43,160 nt of DNA from a bacterium (GTDB lineage: Bacteria; Patescibacteriota; Minisyncoccia; Minisyncoccales; PEYH01), in the NCBI GenBank assembly GCA_021158195.1, contig JAGGVA010000031.1:1-43160 (forward strand), given 5' to 3'. The notes under the pieces are model-generated. The model was not told the DNA's origin. It saw nothing but the letters and a program-made list of their open reading frames with translations, and ran no database searches. Both the position numbers and the translations under genes were made by a program. Below, piece by piece: positions 18,362-26,076 of this stretch. How positions within the stretch are numbered: position 1 is the stretch's first letter; each line of letters opens with the position of its first letter.

Positions 18362-18751
18362 CTAAACAAGGAGTAGTTCTGTTTTCTTTTGAAGTTGTGC
18401 CCATTCAAAGATAAGATCAACGATAGCAATGATTGTTTGTGATGTTTGACAAGGAGCAATTTCGAACATTAAGGAATCTTCAATTATGCTAAATGCTAAG
18501 AGATTTTGAATCTTAATAAGATCTTGGGCTAGAGGGTGTGAAGATTTTTCATTGATCTCCTCTTCGGTGATTGTCCAGTTTACTGATCCCTTAATTATCC
18601 AAGGGTTTATTACCAAATAAGCAAAGCGAGAAGGCAATGGACGAGGAATCTTTTTAAGGACAACGACAAAACCCTTCTGTTTAAATACCATCTTTTTTCT
18701 TTTTGTTTTTATTGACCACCACACATATCGCCACCAATCTTTTATTTTCAT
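18362..18751 (-). CDS. Hypothetical 129-aa protein (no recognisable domain)
   Basis: The track ORF starts at GTG 18757, but that GTG is part of the SD GGAGGTG (18761-18755). ATG at 18751 has ideal 5-nt spacing. The N-terminus is W/K/R-rich. Confidence 0.5.
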   Translation of the reverse strand: MKIKDWWRYVWWSIKTKRKKMVFKQKGFVVVLKKIPRPLPSRFAYLVINPWIIKGSVNWTITEEEINEKSSHPLAQDLIKIQNLLAFSIIEDSLMFEIAPCQTSQTIIAIVDLIFEWAQLQKKTELLLV

Positions 18752-18764
18752 TTTCACCTCCTTC

Positions 18765-19739
18765 TTATAAAAGTCGGGGTTGCTTTACTCTTTGAAACCG
18801 GGCTATCTCTTCTAGTTCTGCTATCACCCTTTCGGGGTTTATCTTACCCCAGTTTAGTTCTCCTACCGGTAAGGGCACGCTTTTTCTCTTCCAGTGAGCA
18901 CATATTTCTAGATAATCACAGAATCTGCAGTGATCTCCGTAATTTTTAGGGAAAATTGCCAAGTCGCAATTTCGCAGAAAAGCCATTACCAAAAGAATGA
19001 GGTCTAAATAATCATCAATGGTTCTTGGAGTAATGATGGCGGATTTATCGATTTTTCTACCAGTAATTGGACATTTCCGCTTGTAACCTAATGGATATCT
19101 TATAATTCCAGCCTCTTTTCTGCCATAGAGTATTCTAAAAGCGAGACTGTAAATAGTGAATTGGTAACTATGATGAACAGGATATTGAAGTCGAGCATCT
19201 TCTAATCCATAATCTTGCCATCCGGTTTTAAGGTCTACTAGCCACCATTCACCGAAAATTTCTCTAATTTGATCAATGGACCCTACAATAGTCACCCCGT
19301 TTATTCCCGGCAAGGTTACAGAGAATCTTTTCTCTACTGCTACAGGAAAAGGTGCATCGTGGTTATCTTGCCAATACTTTCCTATCATTGAAGCCCCAAG
19401 TTTTAAAAATTCCTGAATCTGTTCTTGTGGATCTTTTCCAGAATCAAACCGGATATTTTCTTTACCTGTCTCCTCTATGATTCTTTGCCAGTTATAAATC
19501 CATAGTCTAATGGCACTCTTTTTAGTTTGAGGTAGAAGTTGAGTTTTTCCTTTGCGAATCCTTTTACTTCTTTGATTTTCGTTTAATCGGTAAAATCCAG
19601 CAATGGTGCGGTGTACTGCTACTCCAAAAATGGTTTTTATCCATTTGGGAGCACCTACTCTTTTTATATACGCAAGATAGTAAGAAAAGGGACAGGTTTG
19701 CCATCTTTCAAGTTTTGAGGCAGAAATTCTAATTGCCAT
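18765..19739 (-). CDS. Cas4/AddB-type PD-(D/E)XK nuclease with 4-Cys Fe-S cluster motif
   Basis: N-terminal Cys in 'LERWQTCPFSYYL'. Motifs 'GSIDQI', 'LVDLKTG' (D/ExK) and 'QFTIYSLAF' (QxxxY). C-terminal 'CRFCDYLEIC'. SD GGAGG at 19751-19747. Confidence 0.8.
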   Translation of the reverse strand: MAIRISASKLERWQTCPFSYYLAYIKRVGAPKWIKTIFGVAVHRTIAGFYRLNENQRSKRIRKGKTQLLPQTKKSAIRLWIYNWQRIIEETGKENIRFDSGKDPQEQIQEFLKLGASMIGKYWQDNHDAPFPVAVEKRFSVTLPGINGVTIVGSIDQIREIFGEWWLVDLKTGWQDYGLEDARLQYPVHHSYQFTIYSLAFRILYGRKEAGIIRYPLGYKRKCPITGRKIDKSAIITPRTIDDYLDLILLVMAFLRNCDLAIFPKNYGDHCRFCDYLEICAHWKRKSVPLPVGELNWGKINPERVIAELEEIARFQRVKQPRLL

Positions 19740-19776
19740 CCTTCCACCTCCTTTGGTAAGGTTCTTGAAATACTTT

Positions 19777-19805
19777 ATTTAACAAAAAATTTATTTTAAT
19801 GTCAA
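19777..19805 (-). promoter_or_regulatory. Candidate promoter of the nuclease module
   Basis: Minus strand reads TTGACA (19805-19800), 17 nt spacer, TTAAAT (19782-19777). It lies just outside the IS left end. Confidence 0.45.
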
Positions 19806-19818
19806 GTTAGTTTGGTAA

Positions 19819-20845
19819 TGTGTACACACATTTGGCGGTTTTTCAGGATAGGTTTATCCTGAATAATGTGTATAAAAATGTCTAAAAATATTAAAGAAGA
19901 AAGGTTAAGATGGATTAAACCCATCTATTACAAAAAGATAAAGCTGGTTGATGTAGCTAAGGTATGTCCTTACAGTAAAAGATCCTTAGAAAGGTGGCTG
20001 TCTAACTATCGGAAGTATGGAGAAAAAGGATTAGAGCCTAAATCCACCAGACCAAAAAGTAATCCTAAAGAAACACCTATTAGAATAAAACAAAGGATAA
20101 TTCAATTAAGAAAAGAGACTAAGCTTGGTGCTTTAAAACTTCATTGGAGGCTAAAGAAAGAAGGAATAGATATTCATCCAAGAACCATTGGTAAGATCTT
20201 GGTAAGATCTTAAAGAAAGAGGGATTAACTAGGAAATACAGAACAAAGAAGATTAAATACAAATATGTTAGATCTCTGCTTCAACCGGGTGAATTAGTAG
20301 AGATAGATGTTAAATATGTTCCTCAGAGAATAAAAGGTAAGAGATATTATCAGTTTACAGCCATAGATTCGGCTACCAGATGGAGATACTTAGAGGTTTT
20401 CGATGATATCTCTACTTTTAATGCTTTAAGATTCTTAAAGAAACTAGTTAAGATTGCTCCTTTTAGAGTTAGGGCTGTCAAAACAGACAATGGAAGCTGT
20501 TTTACTAATAGATATACGGGCTATCTTAGAAGTTCTGATCCTCTAAATCCAAGACTACATCCTTTTGATTTACTTTGTCAGGAGTTAGGTATTATTCATT
20601 ACCTCATAGATCCGGGTAAACCTCAGCAGAATGGCAAGGTAGAAAGAAGTCACAGAACAGATCAAGAGCAGTTCTATGATAGAACAACCTTTAAGAATAA
20701 AAGGGAACTAAAACAGAAATTAGAGATCTGGAATGAGGAATACAATAATCTAGAACATTGTAGTTTAAATGGAAAAACACCTAATGAAATGATACAATTA
20801 TTAACAAATCATGTTATTCAGGAACCGACAAAAGTGTGTGCCTAA
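19819..20845 (+). mobile_element. IS481-family insertion sequence (~1.0 kb), boundaries approximate
   Basis: Imperfect terminal inverted repeats: GTACACACATTTGGCGGTT (19822-19840) matches the reverse complement of 20823-20841 at 16/19. Contains an HTH plus DDE (rve) transposase. No clear target-site duplication found. Confidence 0.75.
19866..20845 (+). pseudogene. IS481-family DDE transposase disrupted by frameshift
   Basis: The HTH part (19866-20213) stops at TAA. The stop-free frame 20201-20845 encodes 'ELVEIDVKYVP..YYQFTAIDSATRW..VKTDNGSCF..NGKVERSHRTD' (D, D, E) and is absent from the ORF track because it has no Met. The break is an 11-bp tandem duplication at 20190-20211. Confidence 0.85.
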
Positions 20846-21528
20846 AACAGTTTTTCTTTAGAGGGATGGAAATCTTTATAACCGAGATAGATAAGATAAG
20901 CAACAAGAAGATAAAAAACATGAAAGAGTCTTCCTGCAGGAATATAAAGAACTCCTATAAGACCTATTCCTAAATAAATCACAAAGGCATAGAAAGAGTA
21001 GAAATTGGCGAGATTTTTTGAAGTGAACCCTTCTTTTTTTAAATTCCGAAAGATAAAGAGAAGTAATCCCAAGATAGATATAAAAATTATTCCTCCCAAA
21101 ACATAACCATGAGGAGGTGCTTTTGAGATATTATAATAAACTTCTTTTCTGGTTGAGATTTCCTGAGCCTTCATTAGAAATCCAAAATAATATAAAAAGA
21201 AGAGTATTATTCCCAGTAAAGAAGAGATAAAAAGAGTTATTCTTTTAGGATATACTTTCTGGACAACATAAATCAAACCTAAGATGCAGTGGATCCCAAA
21301 CCACACTCCTCCAAAAAAGATGATTGTTTGAGCAAAGGAAGGAAAAGTCTTCCAGCAGCCCAGAGCAACTCCATTGAAAATCCACCATAAAGCTCCGCTG
21401 AACCAGAAACTTGCATAAAGTAAATCTGTTAAAGATGGTTTTTTACATCTCGCGATCCACCAACAACAGAAGAAAGAAATCAAACCTATATAGACCGATG
21501 GTAGACCATCTGAAACAGAAAATACCAT
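20842..21528 (-). CDS. Hypothetical polytopic membrane protein (6-7 TM)
   Basis: 228 aa, W/F-rich helices. Start is 1 nt after the hydrolase stop (TAA-T-ATG). Its stop codon abuts the IS right end. Confidence 0.5.
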   Translation of the reverse strand: MVFSVSDGLPSVYIGLISFFCCWWIARCKKPSLTDLLYASFWFSGALWWIFNGVALGCWKTFPSFAQTIIFFGGVWFGIHCILGLIYVVQKVYPKRITLFISSLLGIILFFLYYFGFLMKAQEISTRKEVYYNISKAPPHGYVLGGIIFISILGLLLFIFRNLKKEGFTSKNLANFYSFYAFVIYLGIGLIGVLYIPAGRLFHVFYLLVAYLIYLGYKDFHPSKEKLF

Positions 21529-21529
21529 A

Positions 21530-22519
21530 TTAATAAATTTTTTTAATTGGATTTATTTTCTTTCCATCACTCCAAAATCCTATTTCTAAGGCCTTCTTGT
21601 TCTCACCTCTCACAATATCACAATTTTTATCAAAAAGAGCACAATCTATTGTAGCGTCAATAATCTTTCTATATCCATAATAACTCAAATTATTTTGGGG
21701 ATAAAAAGCCGAGACGTGATTACTCCATAAAGGAGGAGTTCCGTGAGTATCAGAAGGGATTAAAAACATATGTCTGTTTAGACCTTTTGTTTTTTGAAGA
21801 AGTTTTTTCTTCACATTTTCTCTTAAAATTAACCTATCGCTTTGAGAAAAGAGTGCAACAAACCAGGTATTAGGATTAAGATTGCTTAAATCTCCAAAGG
21901 GGAGTCCATAAATGGTAGTTGGAAGATAAGGAAAGGTTTCTCCCGGAGCAATCAAAATTATTGCTTTTGGCAAAGGGACTCCTTCCGAGAAAATATTTGT
22001 TGCTACTGCTCCACCCATTGATGTGCCAATTACAACAAATCGAGAGAGGTCATTTTTTGGAGCAATTTTTTTAATTTCTAAAATTGCCTCTTTTAGAACT
22101 TGTTTAGCGGTAAGAGGAAATGCTTTTGGCCGGAGTGAACTAAAAGTACCCTTTTGATAAGAAAGAAAAATAACAATATTCCCTCTCTTTACCTCGTGGA
22201 AAATTAAGGGAGAATACGTTTTGTAGTCTATAGGAGGATAGGAAGCCAATCCGTGCAAAAATAAAATTACCGGAGAAGAATTTAGATCTACCCCTTTAGG
22301 AATAAAGAGATAAAAATTGTTATCCTGGTGGGTGAATTTTTTAACTAAAACCTCCTTTGTTTTGTAATCACAAGGGTTGTTTAGAAGATTAGGCCACACA
22401 TTCTGATTCCGCCCTTTTGGATGATAAAATAAGGAATACCAAACAAAATAGAAATAATAGAAAGCCCCAAAAAAGACAAGAAAGATGATTATTAATTTTA
22501 TTAGAATTTTTTTTCTCAT
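21530..22519 (-). CDS. Membrane-anchored alpha/beta hydrolase
   Basis: N-terminal TM helix. 'VILFLHGLAS', nucleophile elbow 'VIGTSMGGAVA' (GxSxG), and candidate Asp 'SQSDRL' and His 'SDTHGTP'. Confidence 0.7.
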   Translation of the reverse strand: MRKKILIKLIIIFLVFFGAFYYFYFVWYSLFYHPKGRNQNVWPNLLNNPCDYKTKEVLVKKFTHQDNNFYLFIPKGVDLNSSPVILFLHGLASYPPIDYKTYSPLIFHEVKRGNIVIFLSYQKGTFSSLRPKAFPLTAKQVLKEAILEIKKIAPKNDLSRFVVIGTSMGGAVATNIFSEGVPLPKAIILIAPGETFPYLPTTIYGLPFGDLSNLNPNTWFVALFSQSDRLILRENVKKKLLQKTKGLNRHMFLIPSDTHGTPPLWSNHVSAFYPQNNLSYYGYRKIIDATIDCALFDKNCDIVRGENKKALEIGFWSDGKKINPIKKIY

Positions 22520-22529
22520 TTTAACTTAA

Positions 22530-22558
22530 CAAAAATCGGAACGAGAACAGTTCTCGTT
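22530..22558 (-). terminator. Hairpin with weak T-tract after the PP-loop gene (terminator/attenuator)
   Basis: AACGAGAA (22540-22547), CAG loop, TTCTCGTT (22551-22558). The minus strand continues CCGATTTTTG. One arm overlaps the stop codon. Confidence 0.45.
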
Positions 22559-23840
22559 ATTTTTTAATGTGTAATTCTTCAAATTTTTTTAAAAGAAATG
22601 GTATCTTGTTTCTTTTTTTTGCTTGTTTGAGAGCCAAAGAAAAAGCCAAAATTGTTTCTTTTTTTGTTCCTACACATTCAAAGGGCTTCTTCTCTTTTTT
22701 ACTTATTAATTTTAACATAAAGGGCAAAAGAGATCTATCTTCAAAAAGATTTTTCCCGAAAATCTTTATCAAGTTTTTTTCTTCCAAGAATGGATATAAA
22801 ACAGAAAATACAAATAAACATTTTGGACATTTTAAACACCATTTTGGTCTTTTTGCGGAAATTTTATAAGCATTATTACAACTTAAAAAGGCATTGTGAT
22901 ATTGGGTAAATTGAGAGAATATTTTTGCGATTTCTAAATCAGACAGGTTACGTATAGGGCTATAAATGCTGATATTCTGAACTAAAAATCTTTTTCTATA
23001 CTCATTAAAAATTTTTTCAAATTCACTACTTTTTGACCATTGATGGTTAATCCACCTCTTTTTGTATTTTAAATTGGGTTCGTTGGCGCTTTTTTCCCAC
23101 GCAAATGCCACTTTAGGATATTGAAATATATAAGCCGCAAGAAGAGTTAAAAATGACAAGAAGGCAGAAAAAGGCACATGGCCATTTAAATATCCTTTTG
23201 AGTTTAGTTCAAAAAGCCTTGGATCTATTTTTCTTTGAGCAACAATTATTTCTTTTATTTTTGATATTTTTGCAACTTTTCTTTGAGGGGTTTTAGGATT
23301 AAAAAGAAAAATTCCTATTTTTTTTGCCTTCGATTTTTCTGATTCTAACACAACTATTGAATCCTTCCCTCCTCCGATTGGAATAAGAATTTTACGAGAA
23401 TCTGCTTCTATTTTGCTAGCCCTGTATATCCTTTTTTGAGGATTGGTCTCAATTTTTAAAAAACCTCTTCGAGTAAAATCAATTTTATTTTCGTAAAAGT
23501 ACTGTCCCATTCCCTTCGAAATAATTTTTCTTAAAAACCTTTTTCCTTCAGTTGACAAATTTCCTGATTCAATAAAAATTTTTGGAGAACAAGTAAGTTT
23601 CCAGTAGTTTAACATTTCGATTAGCCCTAAATGAAAAACAAGATTTTCAAGAGTAGGTTCGTCAATTGTTTCGATTTTCTTTTGGGGTATGTTTTTTAAA
23701 ACAATATCTGTTTTAAACTTTAAATCTGGCTTGATAGAAAAATAAAAAGAAATCAAAAAGTTACCATTCTTGAACTTGTAAGAATAGTTTTCATAAACAA
23801 ACTCAGGGTATTTTTTTCGCAAAAGAGTTGTTTTTTTCAT
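22557..23840 (-). CDS. PP-loop (SGGxDS-type) ATP pyrophosphatase superfamily protein; possible MurL-like epimerase
   Basis: Start trimmed to ATG 23840 ('MKKTTLLRKKYPEF'), because the upstream 119 codons overlap mraY out of frame. 'ILIPIGGGKDSIVVL' PP-loop and 'WCLKCPKCLF' Cys motif. Located in the dcw cluster next to mraY. Confidence 0.6.
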   Translation of the reverse strand: MKKTTLLRKKYPEFVYENYSYKFKNGNFLISFYFSIKPDLKFKTDIVLKNIPQKKIETIDEPTLENLVFHLGLIEMLNYWKLTCSPKIFIESGNLSTEGKRFLRKIISKGMGQYFYENKIDFTRRGFLKIETNPQKRIYRASKIEADSRKILIPIGGGKDSIVVLESEKSKAKKIGIFLFNPKTPQRKVAKISKIKEIIVAQRKIDPRLFELNSKGYLNGHVPFSAFLSFLTLLAAYIFQYPKVAFAWEKSANEPNLKYKKRWINHQWSKSSEFEKIFNEYRKRFLVQNISIYSPIRNLSDLEIAKIFSQFTQYHNAFLSCNNAYKISAKRPKWCLKCPKCLFVFSVLYPFLEEKNLIKIFGKNLFEDRSLLPFMLKLISKKEKKPFECVGTKKETILAFSLALKQAKKRNKIPFLLKKFEELHIKK

Positions 23841-23852
23841 TTTTTTCGATAC

Positions 23853-23873
23853 GGGGAGATACCCAATCTCCCC
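23853..23873 (-). other. GC-rich hairpin in the mraY / PP-loop gene spacer
   Basis: GGGGAGAT (23853-23860), ACCCA loop, ATCTCCCC (23866-23873). No T-tract on the transcribed strand. Confidence 0.6.
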
Positions 23874-23932
23874 GACCCCCTCTGTGGATTTTGGGTGATT
23901 GATTTCTTTAGAATCGTCAATCCTTAAAACAC

Positions 23933-25024
23933 TTATCCCAGCAGCGCAATTGCTATTCCTACGATAGCAGCGACTACACCAATCACCCAAAAACGCATTG
24001 TTACTTTGTAGTGGGGCCAGCCTTTTCCTTCGAAATGATGATGAATTGGGGCTGCCAAAAATAATTTTCTTTTGAAGTATTTTTTCCAAAAAAGTTGAAG
24101 GATGACCGAAAGCACTTCTATTACTAAAAGAATGCCGATTATAGGCAAAACTAATACAGAATTTGAAAGAAAAGCCACTACTGTGAGAGCAGCACAAAGA
24201 GCCATTACTCCGGTTTCTCCCATATAAAAACGGGCTGGAGGAATATTAAACCACAAGAAAGCCAGAATGGCTCCGGCAATTGAAGCGCAAAAAGCGGCTA
24301 AGTCAATTTGTCCTCTAAAAAAAGCAATTGCTCCATAAGCGCCAAATATTGTTGTAAAAGCCCCTCCTGCCAACCCGTCTAATCCATCAATAACTCCTCC
24401 AGCATAAGTAGCCATCATTACAAGAATAAAAAATGGAATGTAAAGAACTCCCAGATAAATATCGCCATTGCCGGGAATATGTATTGTTTCCCAGCCAAGT
24501 TTATAGTAAAACCATAATCCTCCCACAAAGCCAATAAGAAACATTGAAAATAATCGGAATTTTAAACTTAATCCTCCACCAATATACTTTCCTTTACCTT
24601 TTGTTTGTAAAAAATCATCAACAAAGCCAACGATGGCTCCAGCGATAAGAGCAAAAAGTGGCAACCAAGTTTGTCCTCGGCTTAAAAAGTTTATTTTTTT
24701 AAAGATATCAACTCCTGTTTTTGAAAGAAGAAAGAAAAGAAAAATTACTATGGAAGGAATAACCCATACCAGAAGGCCCCCAAAACGCGGAACTTTTATT
24801 TCCTCTTCTTTGTGAAACTTCGAGACAACCGGGATTTCTTTTCCATCTATTGATTTTGTTCGAGCATTTTTTTTCCAGAGTTTATGTTTGTATAAAAAGT
24901 TAGTAAGAAGAGGAGTTGAAAAAAAAGCAATCAAAAAAGAAATGGTGCCGATAAAAAAAACTTTTAGAGTATTGATTACTAAAGCAGGATCTGACAAATA
25001 AAGTGGAAGATTGTTGTTTACCAT
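23933..25024 (-). CDS. mraY: Phospho-N-acetylmuramoyl-pentapeptide transferase
   Basis: 'VPRFGGLL', 'VGFVDDFLQ', 'DGLDGLAGG' and 'APIHHHFEGKGW'. Confidence 0.95.
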   Translation of the reverse strand: MVNNNLPLYLSDPALVINTLKVFFIGTISFLIAFFSTPLLTNFLYKHKLWKKNARTKSIDGKEIPVVSKFHKEEEIKVPRFGGLLVWVIPSIVIFLFFLLSKTGVDIFKKINFLSRGQTWLPLFALIAGAIVGFVDDFLQTKGKGKYIGGGLSLKFRLFSMFLIGFVGGLWFYYKLGWETIHIPGNGDIYLGVLYIPFFILVMMATYAGGVIDGLDGLAGGAFTTIFGAYGAIAFFRGQIDLAAFCASIAGAILAFLWFNIPPARFYMGETGVMALCAALTVVAFLSNSVLVLPIIGILLVIEVLSVILQLFWKKYFKRKLFLAAPIHHHFEGKGWPHYKVTMRFWVIGVVAAIVGIAIALLG

Positions 25025-26076
25025 ATATATGCTTTTTTAATCCATTGAGTTAGTTTTTTCATTTCTTCAAATCTGTTTTCTGACCCTAATATTACATTTA
25101 CCACAACTCCCTTTTTGTTCGGGGCTTCAATTACCAAAAGGAAACATTCTTTTGCCATAGGAGTATATCCTGTTTTCCCTCCTATAATTTTGTATTTCTT
25201 GACGAACTCTTCATCACTAAGAAGTTTATTAGTGCTAATCATTTTATGATGAAAGGACCCATCAGGTCTATAAAGATAGTATTCCTTTTTTCTGGTTATT
25301 TCCCAGATAAGATTTACTCTTGGATCTCGCCAACTTTCCTTTGTTAAAAAAATGGCAAACTTGGCTAAATCATACGCAGTAGAAAAATTATATTTTTCTC
25401 CGGGAAAATCGGGATCAACTCCTACAGGATCATTTAAATAAGTTTCTTTTAAGCCGATTTTTTTGATTTCTTGATTTAGGAGTGCTGTAAATTTATCCTT
25501 CCCTATTAAATCAGCAATAGCCATAGCAGCATCATTACTTGATTCAATAAGCACAGAATGTAAAAGATCTTCCAGGACAAACTTTTCTCCAAGCCAAAAT
25601 TGTCCTGTATCTTCTTCTGTGTCTATGGCTTCTTTAGTAATTTCTACTTCTCGTTTTAAATTGAAACTTTTTGTTGCATAATAGGCAGTAAATAACTTAC
25701 TAATACTGGCAATCGGGAGCGGCTGATTTATATTTTTAGCATAAAGAATTCTTTGTTCTCCTTGATCAGTATACAAAAAAGAAATAGCCGCTTTCGCATT
25801 AAGTTCTAATGGTTCTACATTCCAATTTCTGAAGGGTTTAAGAAAACTATAATCAACCGGCATTTGCATTAATGCTTTTTGATAGACATCTTTTGAATAT
25901 TGCCATTCTAAATAATTACTGAGTAATACATTAAGAAAATAAAAACTTCCGGCTACAATAGCCGCAATCAAAACAAAACCAAAAAACTTAAATGAGGGTT
26001 TCTTTTTGATATTTAAACTTTCTAAATTAGTGCTTAAAACTAATGCTCTTTTTTTGGTTTTTTGATTTCCAAACAT
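25018..26076 (-). CDS. D-alanyl-D-alanine carboxypeptidase (S11, PBP5-type)
   Basis: N-terminal TM anchor. SxxK 'ASISKLF', SxN 'ESSNDAA', KTG 'GGKTGYT'. Confidence 0.85.
   Translation of the reverse strand: MFGNQKTKKRALVLSTNLESLNIKKKPSFKFFGFVLIAAIVAGSFYFLNVLLSNYLEWQYSKDVYQKALMQMPVDYSFLKPFRNWNVEPLELNAKAAISFLYTDQGEQRILYAKNINQPLPIASISKLFTAYYATKSFNLKREVEITKEAIDTEEDTGQFWLGEKFVLEDLLHSVLIESSNDAAMAIADLIGKDKFTALLNQEIKKIGLKETYLNDPVGVDPDFPGEKYNFSTAYDLAKFAIFLTKESWRDPRVNLIWEITRKKEYYLYRPDGSFHHKMISTNKLLSDEEFVKKYKIIGGKTGYTPMAKECFLLVIEAPNKKGVVVNVILGSENRFEEMKKLTQWIKKAYIW

Noticed and set aside
20190-20213. Programmed ribosomal frameshift in the IS481 transposase
   Set aside because: The frame change coincides exactly with a perfect 11-bp tandem duplication. 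It does not coincide with an A/T-rich slippery heptamer plus a downstream structure. Removing one copy restores a single ORF typical of IS481.
22567-22869. Plus-strand 100-aa ORF preceded by a plus-orientation hairpin + TTTTTT at 22540-22566
   Set aside because: The ORF is antisense to the well-formed PP-loop CDS and has low-complexity F/K-rich composition. The hairpin is better explained as the minus-strand 3' structure of the PP-loop gene.
23841-24197. N-terminal 119 codons of track ORF 22557..24197 ('MCCSHSSGFSFKF...')
   Set aside because: This stretch overlaps the 3' end of mraY in another frame and has Cys/Ser/Arg-rich nonsense composition. The sequence becomes protein-like only from ATG 23840, so the CDS was trimmed.
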